A stretch of 25,974 bases of DNA from a virus (Duplodnaviria > Caudoviricetes), in IMG/VR virus record IMGVR_UViG_3300017754_000326, positions 1-25,974 of that record; one strand, given 5' to 3'. The notes beneath the pieces were generated by a model. That model ran no database searches. It worked only from the letters and a program-made list of their open reading frames with translations, and had not been told where the DNA came from. The stretch's first letter is position 1. Each line of letters starts with the position of its first letter. This document shows, one piece after another, positions 8,409-17,414 of the stretch. The position numbers and the translations under genes are program-made.

Positions 8409-9059
8409 TTAAAGTTTACGCAAGTAATTTTCGAATAGTTTTAGCGCAACTTCCTCTAATTGACCTTTGGAAGCCTGCTTTATTTGCCTTTTTGCTCGGT
8501 CAAAATCTACTTCAACGAATCTGCCCTCAACAAACATCCACTCTTTATTCTCCATGATACCATTAACAAAGGCACCTGGTGCAGAAGGATCGGCTACAAT
8601 GTCTGCTGCTGTTGCAAGTCTAAAATCATCTTGCACCAAATTGTAACCTTCTTTTGTTTGAACAAGTGAACCCATAGCGCGAGAAGAAACACCAAGATTC
8701 ACATCGTTGTCGATGAAGTTCTTTACAATTTGTCCATATGGTGTTTCTAAGATAAGTGCTTTACCATAGAAAGAATTGCCATCTTCGGACAATGAAATGA
8801 TTTTGTGCGATGCACGTTCTAGATTAATAGAAGGAGTATCTGGATGACCAAGTTCTCCTAAGGCACGATTAGTTTTAATGTATTCTTCCGCATAACGCTG
8901 CACTTCGCGGCGCATCGTATCCATTTTATACATACGATTGTTCTTGTTGACTTGTTCAGCAACAAGGAATGTTCCTTCAATGTATAATTTTTTCTTACCG
9001 TTTTCTGCTGTTTCGGTAAGATACTTTACATCATCAATAGTTTCTGTTATAAGTTTCAT
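8409..9059 (-). CDS. gp21: Prohead protease gp21
   Basis: MKLITE start, ALGELGHP, GVSSRAMGS and DIVADPSAP. Confidence 0.97.
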   Translation of the reverse strand: MKLITETIDDVKYLTETAENGKKKLYIEGTFLVAEQVNKNNRMYKMDTMRREVQRYAEEYIKTNRALGELGHPDTPSINLERASHKIISLSEDGNSFYGKALILETPYGQIVKNFIDNDVNLGVSSRAMGSLVQTKEGYNLVQDDFRLATAADIVADPSAPGAFVNGIMENKEWMFVEGRFVEVDFDRAKRQIKQASKGQLEEVALKLFENYLRKL

Positions 9060-9418
9060 ACTGAGAATCCTGTATCTGGTGCTACATTGTAGGTAGCAGT
9101 TTTAGAAATATCCATAACAAGAGTTCCGCCTGTTATAACTGTAATCACAATACTTTGGTTGTTGTTATTAGCTACAGCATAACCCATTTCATCGAATCTC
9201 ATTTCGCCTGCATTGTGCAACATTAAAATAGGTACGTTATTTCTTACGATAGAAATAGAACCGTTTGTTGACCATGCAACTCTACGAATTGCCGCAGCAG
9301 TAACAGTTTCTGTATAAGCATTTGCTCTTAGATCATTTAGAGTGATGGTCGCGGTGCCTGGATCAACCACGCGAATAACTGAACCACCTCTCATTGAATT
9401 TGTAATTTCATATGCCAT
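9056..9418 (-). CDS. Hypothetical beta-rich protein in the head module
   Basis: 120 aa ORF tightly packed between the gp68-like gene and gp21 (ATGA overlap). No motif recognised. Confidence 0.7.
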   Translation of the reverse strand: MAYEITNSMRGGSVIRVVDPGTATITLNDLRANAYTETVTAAAIRRVAWSTNGSISIVRNNVPILMLHNAGEMRFDEMGYAVANNNNQSIVITVITGGTLVMDISKTATYNVAPDTGFSV

Positions 9419-9419
9419 T

Positions 9420-9866
9420 TTATCTTAGTCCCATTGATGAGCGTCTACGCATTGACATTTTTCTTTTCAATAGCGAACGGCGCAATTTAGATCGTCTAGT
9501 TGTTTTCCATGCACGTTTCAACATTCGTGCTTTATGTAATCTAACATTTGCAGGTATTCTTCTTACAGAGTTACCTACAATTCTATAACCTTTAATGCCT
9601 GAGCGTCTTTTGTTCTTCTGCACAACAATACGACCTTTGGCATTTCTTCTAATTCTTCGGCGAATCTTTGTGATTCTACCCATCTTAACAAGGTTTGGAT
9701 TTCTCTTTGCAACCTCATCAAGTTCTTCTACTTCTTCATACACATCTGCCTGCACATAACGCTTTGCTTCTTTCAATCGCTGTGCAACAATCTCATTTAG
9801 GCGGTCAAATATACTTTGCTTTGCCTCTTCTAATTTGTTCTGTGCTAATAGTTTTAAGAAATTCAT
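9420..9866 (-). CDS. gp68-like prohead core protein with a highly basic C-terminal region
   Basis: Lies between portal and gp21. Has an acidic linker (VYEEVEELDE) and an Arg/Lys-rich C-terminus ending ...KRKMSMRRRSSMGLR, resembling the basic tail of T4 gp68. Confidence 0.65.
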   Translation of the reverse strand: MNFLKLLAQNKLEEAKQSIFDRLNEIVAQRLKEAKRYVQADVYEEVEELDEVAKRNPNLVKMGRITKIRRRIRRNAKGRIVVQKNKRRSGIKGYRIVGNSVRRIPANVRLHKARMLKRAWKTTRRSKLRRSLLKRKMSMRRRSSMGLR

Positions 9867-10537
9867 TTTCTTTTGCTGAATGCAAAGTCAGCAACTTTAG
9901 CTAAGTGTTCTGGACTCTTATGCACCATATCAGCCAACTTCTTTTTGTTGGCATCATTTAATGCATTGTGTACCTGTGTAATAGCAGATGCAGTAAAGTG
10001 GTCAATCTTTCTTGTTACACCATTACCAAACTTAACACTATCGCCAGTTTTGGCTGATACAATTTTATGTAACTGATCCATTACCGCTTCTTCAATTACT
10101 TCAACTTCTTCTGCCTGGATTGGTGCATCAACTGCATTACCATAAGGCAAAGAAAAATACTTATCTATCTTGTCATTATAATATAAGGCAACTTTTGTTC
10201 CATCAGGATACAAACGAATTGCTTTACGCTTTAACAATAGAACAAATGGAGGATTGGAAGTATCTTCGTTGATATCTTCTCTTACCGCTTTACGAGCCTG
10301 AGTAAAAATCTGTTTGTTATTAGAAACCAAATCTACCATACGATTGAACATATTCTGTAGAATCGCACGGTCGGCATTATTAAACACAGGTTTTTCTTCT
10401 TGCATCTTATCCAATATTTTATGGATACGCTGCATCTGTGCCTTATTAGCCAAACCAGCACGAACAAGAACATCAAACTTTGAGTAGTCTGATTTTTCTT
10501 CGTTGACGGCAGATTTAAATTCTAATAAAGACTTCAT
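9863..10537 (-). CDS. Hypothetical head-module protein, possible internal head protein
   Basis: 224 aa ORF with ATGA overlaps on both sides and several hydrophobic-x-Glu sites resembling gp21 cleavage sites. Confidence 0.65.
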   Translation of the reverse strand: MKSLLEFKSAVNEEKSDYSKFDVLVRAGLANKAQMQRIHKILDKMQEEKPVFNNADRAILQNMFNRMVDLVSNNKQIFTQARKAVREDINEDTSNPPFVLLLKRKAIRLYPDGTKVALYYNDKIDKYFSLPYGNAVDAPIQAEEVEVIEEAVMDQLHKIVSAKTGDSVKFGNGVTRKIDHFTASAITQVHNALNDANKKKLADMVHKSPEHLAKVADFAFSKRK

Positions 10538-10713
10538 TCTTGTTCTACAGTTTCAGCTTCTTGCTCATCGTCACCGTAAAGTGTTTGTGCAATTTGTTGC
10601 TTGCGAGTATCTAATGCTTCAAATGCTCTAGCAGAAAGCAAATCGTTCAAAGTATCTTTGGCGGCACCAGCTTCACCGTTCATTGCTTGAGTAATAAAAG
10701 TTTTAATATCCAT
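10534..10713 (-). CDS. gp67-like small prohead core protein (59 aa)
   Basis: Not in the ORF track. Manual translation: MDIKTFITQAMNGEAGAAKDTLNDLLSARAFEALDTRKQQIAQTLYGDDEQEAETVEQE. It directly follows the portal gene, has an acidic tail and overlaps the next start (ATGA). Confidence 0.85.
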   Translation of the reverse strand: MDIKTFITQAMNGEAGAAKDTLNDLLSARAFEALDTRKQQIAQTLYGDDEQEAETVEQE

Positions 10714-10714
10714 A

Positions 10715-12370
10715 TTAACGCCTATTTAGTTTAGATGAAAATTTTTCAACATCTTGGTCTAGTTGTGGTGTCAATGATTCTGAATCACCTTTTTCAACTG
10801 TGTTATCTTCTGGTGGGTATTGTTCAGATGTTATCTCAGGTTGTTCACCTTGAGTAATAACTGGTTGACCAACACCAGCATCAGATTCTTCTTTCATCTG
10901 CTTATCCATCTTTTGAATATCTTCATCGGTGAATTGCAGAATCTTTTTCTTTACCCATTCAGCAGAGTAGTAATGACCAATGTATGGATCTACAAGTTGT
11001 AATAGACTAACTCTTTCGCGGAGCAATTCTGCATCACGCAATTCGGTAAAGTTATTGTCTTTCTTGTAGTCATAGTAAATCTTGTCTTTGAATGTTTCCC
11101 ATTCTTCTGTTGTGCAAATACCTTTTAGCACACATTGAATTCTCAAAGCATGGTCAAATATCTGTGAGAATTTATTGCGAAGACGAATGATGAATTTGGT
11201 AAACTTAACTTCATCACGGGTAACTTCTGATGTACGACCAACACCAATCATACCGCCATCGCTAGGTTGCAAACGAGACAATGGTACATTAAGAGACTGT
11301 AATAGTTTTTCGCGGAAGTATTTTACATCTTCTAGTTCACCAAGGTTCTGACCTGCTGGTAGTGTGGTAATCTCTGTACCTTTACCACCTTCACGGCGCG
11401 GCAACCAGAAGTCTTCAAGCATCGACATATGTTTACGGTCATCACGCAGTTCACCAGTATTGGCATCATAGACCATCTTGTTGCGGTACTTGACCATAAT
11501 ATCTTTTAGGTATTGTTCTGCTTTACCTCTTGGTAAGTTACCTACATCAATGTAGAATACTCTGCGCTCTGGCGCTCTTGAGATACGGTAAATACAGACC
11601 GCATCTTCAATCATACGCAGTTGGTTGAGTGGCTTAATTGCTTTGTGTAGATATGAAATGACGAATGTATTTTTGGCATCCATTAAACCAGAGTTTACAT
11701 TGATGATAGACTCTGGTGCAATTCTTAGACCTGTGTTAACCGATGCACCATAAGTTTGAGTTGTGGTACCACGGTCACTATAGACATAATACTCGGCAAT
11801 AGATTTGATAATATCTGCGCCAGTCTTTGGGTCTCTTTCTTTCTTTACCTCACGCACTTTACGAATCTTGCGTGGGTCTATGTATCTTAATTCTTGAATA
11901 CCTTCTTTTGGTTTCTTTTCATCAACAACAACATGGTAATAGATTCTACCATCTATGTACCATCTTTTGAAAAGGTCATCTGAAAGATTACCAAAATTAA
12001 GCATATCAAGAATGTTTTCAAATTCTTCAAGAATTTTTTTCTTGACTGCCTCTGGTTGTTTCAGTTTATCTAAAACAATATCAACTGTACGACCAGTAAC
12101 ATCATGTGTAATTGCTTCATTGACGATATCATCAATAGCCATCTCCAATTCTGGATGATTAGCCATCTCACGATAACGGGTAATAAGTTCTAACTCATTG
12201 CGTATCGAACCTTCAAGGTCAACATAAGTGCCGTAGTAGGCATTCTGTGTGATAGTAACTGCACCATCATCAATCGCTGGAGTTGGAAGTGCAAAAGACG
12301 GTTGTTCAGGAGATTGAACCTGAACAACGTCTTTTGTTCCTAATGTGAAACCGAAAAGCTTGATTGCCAT
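10715..12370 (-). CDS. gp20: Portal vertex protein gp20
   Basis: WYIDGRIYYH, ELRYIDPRKI, IYRISRAPERRVFYIDVGNLP and EDFWLPRREGGKGTEITTLP. Confidence 0.99.
   Translation of the reverse strand: MAIKLFGFTLGTKDVVQVQSPEQPSFALPTPAIDDGAVTITQNAYYGTYVDLEGSIRNELELITRYREMANHPELEMAIDDIVNEAITHDVTGRTVDIVLDKLKQPEAVKKKILEEFENILDMLNFGNLSDDLFKRWYIDGRIYYHVVVDEKKPKEGIQELRYIDPRKIRKVREVKKERDPKTGADIIKSIAEYYVYSDRGTTTQTYGASVNTGLRIAPESIINVNSGLMDAKNTFVISYLHKAIKPLNQLRMIEDAVCIYRISRAPERRVFYIDVGNLPRGKAEQYLKDIMVKYRNKMVYDANTGELRDDRKHMSMLEDFWLPRREGGKGTEITTLPAGQNLGELEDVKYFREKLLQSLNVPLSRLQPSDGGMIGVGRTSEVTRDEVKFTKFIIRLRNKFSQIFDHALRIQCVLKGICTTEEWETFKDKIYYDYKKDNNFTELRDAELLRERVSLLQLVDPYIGHYYSAEWVKKKILQFTDEDIQKMDKQMKEESDAGVGQPVITQGEQPEITSEQYPPEDNTVEKGDSESLTPQLDQDVEKFSSKLNRR
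10723..10730 (-). promoter_or_regulatory. Late promoter variant ACTAAATA for the gp67-like gene
   Basis: Lies in the last codons of gp20, 9 nt before the ATG at 10713. Confidence 0.65.
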
Positions 12371-12384
12371 TAATTAGTCATCCT

Positions 12385-12415
12385 AAAAAATAGAGAAAGG
12401 CCGGAGCCTTTCTCT
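12385..12415 (-). terminator. Intrinsic terminator after gp19
   Basis: Minus strand reads AGAGAAAGGC-TCCG-GCCTTTCTCT then ATTTTTT: a 10 bp stem with a C(UNCG)G tetraloop. Confidence 0.9.
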
Positions 12416-12961
12416 TTATACCACGCCAGATTCTACAGACTCCCACCATTGGTAAGTAAGTGTTACCGAAAATTCTTCAATAGTATCATTAGAACCCCAG
12501 TCAACATCAATTGGAGTAATATCTGATGGGAAAAGTCCTACGAATCTATATTTCTTTAGTGCGTCACCCTTCTTACCAAATTGGGTAACATCACCATCAA
12601 CTGTATAGCCTAACGGTGAAAGTGCAAGTGGGTTTCTTACGTTTAGATTATGGCTATTTACACCATTCATCCAGCGTTCGAATGCATTACGAATCACAAA
12701 ATCTTCATCGTTGATGATTGTGATTGTCCAATCTGCGAATGTACGATTACCTACAAACTTTAGTTCACGACCAAAGTATTGAACAGGCACAACACCTAGA
12801 GTTGATCCAGGTAGTTGTGCTGTTTTACACATGAAGGTTAGCTTTGTTTGAGCATTTCCTGGTAGTGAAAAAGTAGGAAAGGGCATCGACACTTCAAATA
12901 AATTAGGACGGGCACCATCGCCCACTAATTGACTTCTAAACTCGTTTACTGAAAATGCCAT
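12416..12961 (-). CDS. gp19: Tail tube protein gp19
   Basis: GARPNLFEV, GRELKFVGNRTFADWTITIINDEDF and IEEFSVTLTYQWW. Confidence 0.97.
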   Translation of the reverse strand: MAFSVNEFRSQLVGDGARPNLFEVSMPFPTFSLPGNAQTKLTFMCKTAQLPGSTLGVVPVQYFGRELKFVGNRTFADWTITIINDEDFVIRNAFERWMNGVNSHNLNVRNPLALSPLGYTVDGDVTQFGKKGDALKKYRFVGLFPSDITPIDVDWGSNDTIEEFSVTLTYQWWESVESGVV

Positions 12962-12980
12962 TATTGTTCTCCTGTTCCTC

Positions 12981-12988
12981 TATTTAGA
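12981..12988 (-). promoter_or_regulatory. Late promoter variant TCTAAATA for gp19
   Basis: Overlaps the gp18 stop codon and is followed by an AGGAG RBS. Confidence 0.65.
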
Positions 12989-14897
12989 ATCGTCCAACAA
13001 CTTCTTCGAAGGATACACCAGTTCTTGTAGCCACGAAGTTAAGTTGAATGAAGTTAATTGAACGAGCAGGCTTGATGTAGATATCTCCAACAAACTCATT
13101 GCGGTCAATAACTTCTGGTGTGTTATTTGTAGTATCACACACTACGCGGAAATCAGTAATACCGCGGCGACCTTGAATCTCTCTTAGATATGGTTCAACA
13201 AGAGCAACGAATTGCGCTCTGGTGAATTGATCGTTTAGTTCAAATAGAGAGAAGCGAGAAGCGCGAGAAACTGTATTCTCAAGGGTAATAAACAGACGGC
13301 GAACATTGATACGGTCGAAGGCAGAAGGTTTGCTCAACATGGTCTTATCACCAAATAGAACAGTACCTTCACCCTGGAATGTTAATACAGGGTTAACACC
13401 TTTTACATATAGATTGTCTCTGTCAGCTTTTGTTGGATTCCATGCTAGTTTAATAACATTACGAATCTGACCACGATTTAGACCAGCAGGTGAGAACCAT
13501 GGATCTCTTACATAGTCTGAACGAGCAGTTAGACCAGCAACATCACCATTCAATGGTACCCAACGGTATACATCGTTATACTTATCGTATTGGTATTTCC
13601 AGTTTGCATCCATAAAAGCATAAGAAGAAGATGTTAGACCATCACGGTATGATGTGATGCTACTTACTTCTCCTGCTGGATTCTGAACAACAGATGCTTT
13701 TGTTGGTGATAAGAATACAACAGAGTCTTTGCGTTCTTCTGCAAGAGCAATCAAACTTGTAGCAACGGTTGATCCAGCTGGACCCGAAACAATCAAACCA
13801 ACATCAACGGAATCAGGGTTAGAAAACTGGCTGTAACCAGTAACGATGTTTGCGGTAACAATAGTACCATCAGAACCACCTGTCATTGATGCTGTGAAAG
13901 GAACGCGAACGACATTGAATGCTGTGTCTTTTGCTACGTTACCCCAGTTTGTTGCACCTGGTTGATGACCAGTCCACCAAACATATGATGACTTATCGTT
14001 TAGTAGGTTAACATAGTAGTTACTATTTCCATTTGAATCTTTTGAGTCTGATGCCTTTGAAGCAAAAGCAAACTTCTCCAATACTGTATTTGAGGTACCT
14101 GAGAATTGTCCACCTTCATCTACAACGATAATATGAATTTCATCGTTGGCACCATTAACTGATGCAGCGTAGGTAGAGGTACCTGGAGCAATACCAAAAT
14201 TGTCAGCATATTGCCATTTGCGTAGAATTGCAGCGCCTTGTGTGACAGTAGTATTAGATGCTACATTAATATAACCTGATGTAACATTAACAGTTCTTAC
14301 ATACGAAACACCACCATCAAACGAAACTAGGTCACCAACATATAGGTTACCAACAGGGCTATTAGTAACAGCGATAACGGTATTACTTACGGCTGATGTT
14401 ACATAAGTGCTGTCTGTTACTGTTAGGTTTGAAGAAAATGCGGTGCTGCTTGGGCAGATAGAAACTCTCAAAGAGTTACCTTGGCCACCTGGATACTTTG
14501 CAACAAGTGGACCATTGGTGGTATTTGCTGTAGTGTGATTTTGTAGATAGTCTTCGGCGTTCTCAATCAAAATGGCGCCGTTAGTATTAGCTGCGGCATT
14601 AAGTGTCGAGAAAGCATTGTTGGCGGTACGAACAACTTTTAGGTTGTTTGAGTATGCCAAGAAGTTAGCTGCTGAAAACCAGTATTCATATTGATTGCCA
14701 CCAGCAGCCACAGAGTTAGCATTTGGCTTACCAAAAATAGCAACCAAACGATTCTCATCAGGGATAGTGACAACAGTATTTGCTGGACCCCATTGGAATG
14801 GGCCAGCAAAAGCGCCAATTGATGTGGCAACAGATGGGACAACTGTAGTCAGATCAATCTCTGATACGTTTACCCCAGCGGATAATTGAAATGCCAT
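12984..14897 (-). CDS. gp18: Tail sheath protein gp18
   Basis: SAGVNVSEIDLT, YDKYNDVYRWVP, PWFSPAGLNRG, FDRINVRRLF and IKPARSINFIQLNFVA. Confidence 0.98.
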   Translation of the reverse strand: MAFQLSAGVNVSEIDLTTVVPSVATSIGAFAGPFQWGPANTVVTIPDENRLVAIFGKPNANSVAAGGNQYEYWFSAANFLAYSNNLKVVRTANNAFSTLNAAANTNGAILIENAEDYLQNHTTANTTNGPLVAKYPGGQGNSLRVSICPSSTAFSSNLTVTDSTYVTSAVSNTVIAVTNSPVGNLYVGDLVSFDGGVSYVRTVNVTSGYINVASNTTVTQGAAILRKWQYADNFGIAPGTSTYAASVNGANDEIHIIVVDEGGQFSGTSNTVLEKFAFASKASDSKDSNGNSNYYVNLLNDKSSYVWWTGHQPGATNWGNVAKDTAFNVVRVPFTASMTGGSDGTIVTANIVTGYSQFSNPDSVDVGLIVSGPAGSTVATSLIALAEERKDSVVFLSPTKASVVQNPAGEVSSITSYRDGLTSSSYAFMDANWKYQYDKYNDVYRWVPLNGDVAGLTARSDYVRDPWFSPAGLNRGQIRNVIKLAWNPTKADRDNLYVKGVNPVLTFQGEGTVLFGDKTMLSKPSAFDRINVRRLFITLENTVSRASRFSLFELNDQFTRAQFVALVEPYLREIQGRRGITDFRVVCDTTNNTPEVIDRNEFVGDIYIKPARSINFIQLNFVATRTGVSFEEVVGRF

Positions 14898-14937
14898 GGA
14901 TTTCTCCTTTTGTTATCGGGTCAATTCTTTTATGTTC

Positions 14938-14945
14938 TATTTAGT
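14938..14945 (-). promoter_or_regulatory. Late promoter variant ACTAAATA for gp18
   Basis: In the gp17-gp18 gap, upstream of an AAGGAG RBS. Confidence 0.75.
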
Positions 14946-14948
14946 TTT

Positions 14949-16583
14949 TTACAAAACTGAGGATGTATATCCTTTTGTAGACCAATAATCACCTGAATCG
15001 ACTGTAACTTCCTCTTGCAAACCATTGTCTATGATTCCAACTGGAGTCAATAGTTCTTCCTCCATCAGCATATTTTGTTCTTCTAAAAGAACCCTACGAA
15101 TGTCGATGTTTGTAGAATCTCTGAAATAAGACTGTGCGGTCAACCAAGCAAACAGCACCAGACCCATCACTAGGTCATCATTGTTGCCTTCTTCGGCAGC
15201 ATAGCTGTCTTTATCCCGAACGAAAGTATTCATTTCAGCAATCGTATCAAAATCTTTGACGATTAATTTATCAGATTCAATAAGAGTTTTTAAGTTTGCA
15301 CAACCAATTTTCTTAACAGTCTTGGTTGTTTTAATACCAAAATTTGATCTAGCTTTGAAACCACCAGAAATAGTTTGACCCTTGATATGGTGGTGGTCTA
15401 TTTTATAAACATTTTCATACTCTAAATCATAGTGTAGAATGTCCACTACTTGCTGACCTACGTTGTTAGTTTCAATCAATGCAAAGGCTTCATTGTATCT
15501 CCGACATAGAGAGTATATGATTGTCGGAAAAAATAGTAGCGGTAGTTTATTGTTTCTGTATTTTGCAACTTGTTTATATGGAGTTTCTGTTACATCTATG
15601 ATGTTGACTGTAGAATAATCTTGTTCAACACCCTCTGAACAGTCAACGGTTGCAATATACATTCTTTTCTCTTGCGGTAACTCATATATGTCAAGGCATT
15701 CTTCTTGTTTGACAGGATCAAAGAATGCCAAGGATCTCAATTTGGCTCCAGAAATAAGTGTTGCCGATGAGCCAATAAATTCAGTCTCAAATTCCTGACG
15801 GAATTGTTCTTCTGAAGTGTTACGAATCGTTTCTTCTTTCCACTTTTGATCTCTGCCTGGTACCATCGACCAATGGACTTCAAGTGGTTTATATGTGGAT
15901 CTTCCTTCTGTCGCATCGACCCACATCTTATAGAAGTGGTTCAAACCATATGGTGTTGATACGATGATAACCTTAGAAGTTTTACCAGATGAAATAACAG
16001 GGTATGTTGATGTAAAGAATTCGTCTGCCATATTTTTTGGCACGAAAGCAAATTCATCAAGGAAAATTAAGTTGTAGGTACCACCACGAACACCAGATGC
16101 TGAGGTTGCAAACGCAGCAATCTTAGATTTGTTTTCTAGTTCAATGTTACCTTTGTTCCATGTAATAATACCTTGCTGCATCCATATTGGTAAATATTCA
16201 TATGCATATTGGATTCTACCAAGAATCTCACGCGCAAGAGAACCTTTGTTAGCAAGAATCGCAATACTGTAATCGTCTTGGAACAAAATAGACCAAAGCA
16301 TAAAGCCAACAGTAGTGGTAGTTTTACCAACCTGTCGAGGCATTTTTGCGATACAGAATCTGTTTTCATAATATGTTCTGACCATTTCTTCTTGGAAAGG
16401 CCACATTTCAAAGTCAATAAGACCTCTGTCTACGTTTACAATCTTGACATAGGTCTTAATGAAATATACTGGATCATCAGAACACTTGATAAATTCTTTT
16501 GTTTGTTCTTCTGTGAATGATATTTGAACGCCAGGTCTTTTTAACTTAGCGTTCCCAAGATACCCATTATCAACATCAGCCAT
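14949..16583 (-). CDS. gp17: Terminase large subunit gp17
   Basis: Walker A PRQVGKTT, Walker B LIFLDEFAF, IIVSTPYG and nuclease-domain NNDDLVM. Confidence 0.98.
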   Translation of the reverse strand: MADVDNGYLGNAKLKRPGVQISFTEEQTKEFIKCSDDPVYFIKTYVKIVNVDRGLIDFEMWPFQEEMVRTYYENRFCIAKMPRQVGKTTTTVGFMLWSILFQDDYSIAILANKGSLAREILGRIQYAYEYLPIWMQQGIITWNKGNIELENKSKIAAFATSASGVRGGTYNLIFLDEFAFVPKNMADEFFTSTYPVISSGKTSKVIIVSTPYGLNHFYKMWVDATEGRSTYKPLEVHWSMVPGRDQKWKEETIRNTSEEQFRQEFETEFIGSSATLISGAKLRSLAFFDPVKQEECLDIYELPQEKRMYIATVDCSEGVEQDYSTVNIIDVTETPYKQVAKYRNNKLPLLFFPTIIYSLCRRYNEAFALIETNNVGQQVVDILHYDLEYENVYKIDHHHIKGQTISGGFKARSNFGIKTTKTVKKIGCANLKTLIESDKLIVKDFDTIAEMNTFVRDKDSYAAEEGNNDDLVMGLVLFAWLTAQSYFRDSTNIDIRRVLLEEQNMLMEEELLTPVGIIDNGLQEEVTVDSGDYWSTKGYTSSVL

Positions 16584-17017
16584 TATTTTGTAATACTACG
16601 AAGCATCCAAGCGTGTTTCTGGTGTTTACCTAAAATGTCTTGTAGAAAGTTAGAAACGGCAGGTTCACCAGCAGCATCAGCGGCTGCAATACCAGCACGA
16701 AGGTGGATGATATAACGGTCATTGTCACGACGAAGATTGCCAAACATAGCAGCAGGTGCAGGAATATTTACATCTTCTTCTATGTCTGAAAGTTCCATCA
16801 TACGAGACAATGAAACTGGAGCATATGAATCTAGACGGCGAAGATGTTCTGCAATATCATCTGTTTGGTCAAAAACAGAATCATAGAAGTCACCTAGAAA
16901 GCCGTGATATTCTGGAAAGTCTGGACCTTCCACATTCCAATGGTATGAATGCGCTTTAAAATACAAAGCAAAGTTTGTACCAAGAATAGTTCTAAGTTGT
17001 GAGATTAATTTTTCCAT
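16583..17017 (-). CDS. dps: Dps-family ferritin-like protein
   Basis: KAHSYHWNVEGPDFPEYH...DDIAE signature, with H26/H38/D53/E57 at the spacing of Dps ferroxidase ligands. C-terminal KHAWMLRS. Confidence 0.93.
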   Translation of the reverse strand: MEKLISQLRTILGTNFALYFKAHSYHWNVEGPDFPEYHGFLGDFYDSVFDQTDDIAEHLRRLDSYAPVSLSRMMELSDIEEDVNIPAPAAMFGNLRRDNDRYIIHLRAGIAAADAAGEPAVSNFLQDILGKHQKHAWMLRSITK

Positions 17018-17024
17018 AGTGTTC

Positions 17025-17414
17025 CTATTTAGCTTGTCTAAGTTGTTTAATGAAATCTGCTGTTGAACCTACAAAAACAGCCTTATCAACATTGATTGAT
17101 CCTCTGTTGTCAGATTGTTTTGGTTGTAGGTCCTGTTTTCTTTTTTGTATCTCTAGTAAATCTTTGTTCATGTCAGCTAAATGTTTCATCATGTTAGCCG
17201 CAACCTCATATGCTCTTGGATGTTCGGACTCTTTAGCTACATGGAGAATATTGTCAGCAGCAATATTTCCTTTTTCGATTAGTTTGCGTAGATTCTGCCT
17301 TGCAAATTCTGCATCATCATCTACAGCATTTTCAACCACAACCATTTCTGTGGTTGTAATTTCGATTGGATCAATATCAAGTGCTTCAGAAAGTTTTTCG
17401 TTCAGTTTACTCAT
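17025..17414 (-). CDS. gp16: Terminase small subunit gp16
   Basis: ESEHPRAYEVA and AVFVGSTADF motifs; follows gp15. Confidence 0.93.
   Translation of the reverse strand: MSKLNEKLSEALDIDPIEITTTEMVVVENAVDDDAEFARQNLRKLIEKGNIAADNILHVAKESEHPRAYEVAANMMKHLADMNKDLLEIQKRKQDLQPKQSDNRGSINVDKAVFVGSTADFIKQLRQAK
17026..17033 (-). promoter_or_regulatory. Late promoter variant GCTAAATA for dps-gp17
   Basis: Overlaps the gp16 stop, 8 nt before the dps ATG. Confidence 0.6.

Noticed and set aside
14949-16583. Intein or intron in terminase, portal or UvsW
   Set aside because: The proteins have ordinary lengths and continuous motifs, with no splice-junction or homing endonuclease signatures.
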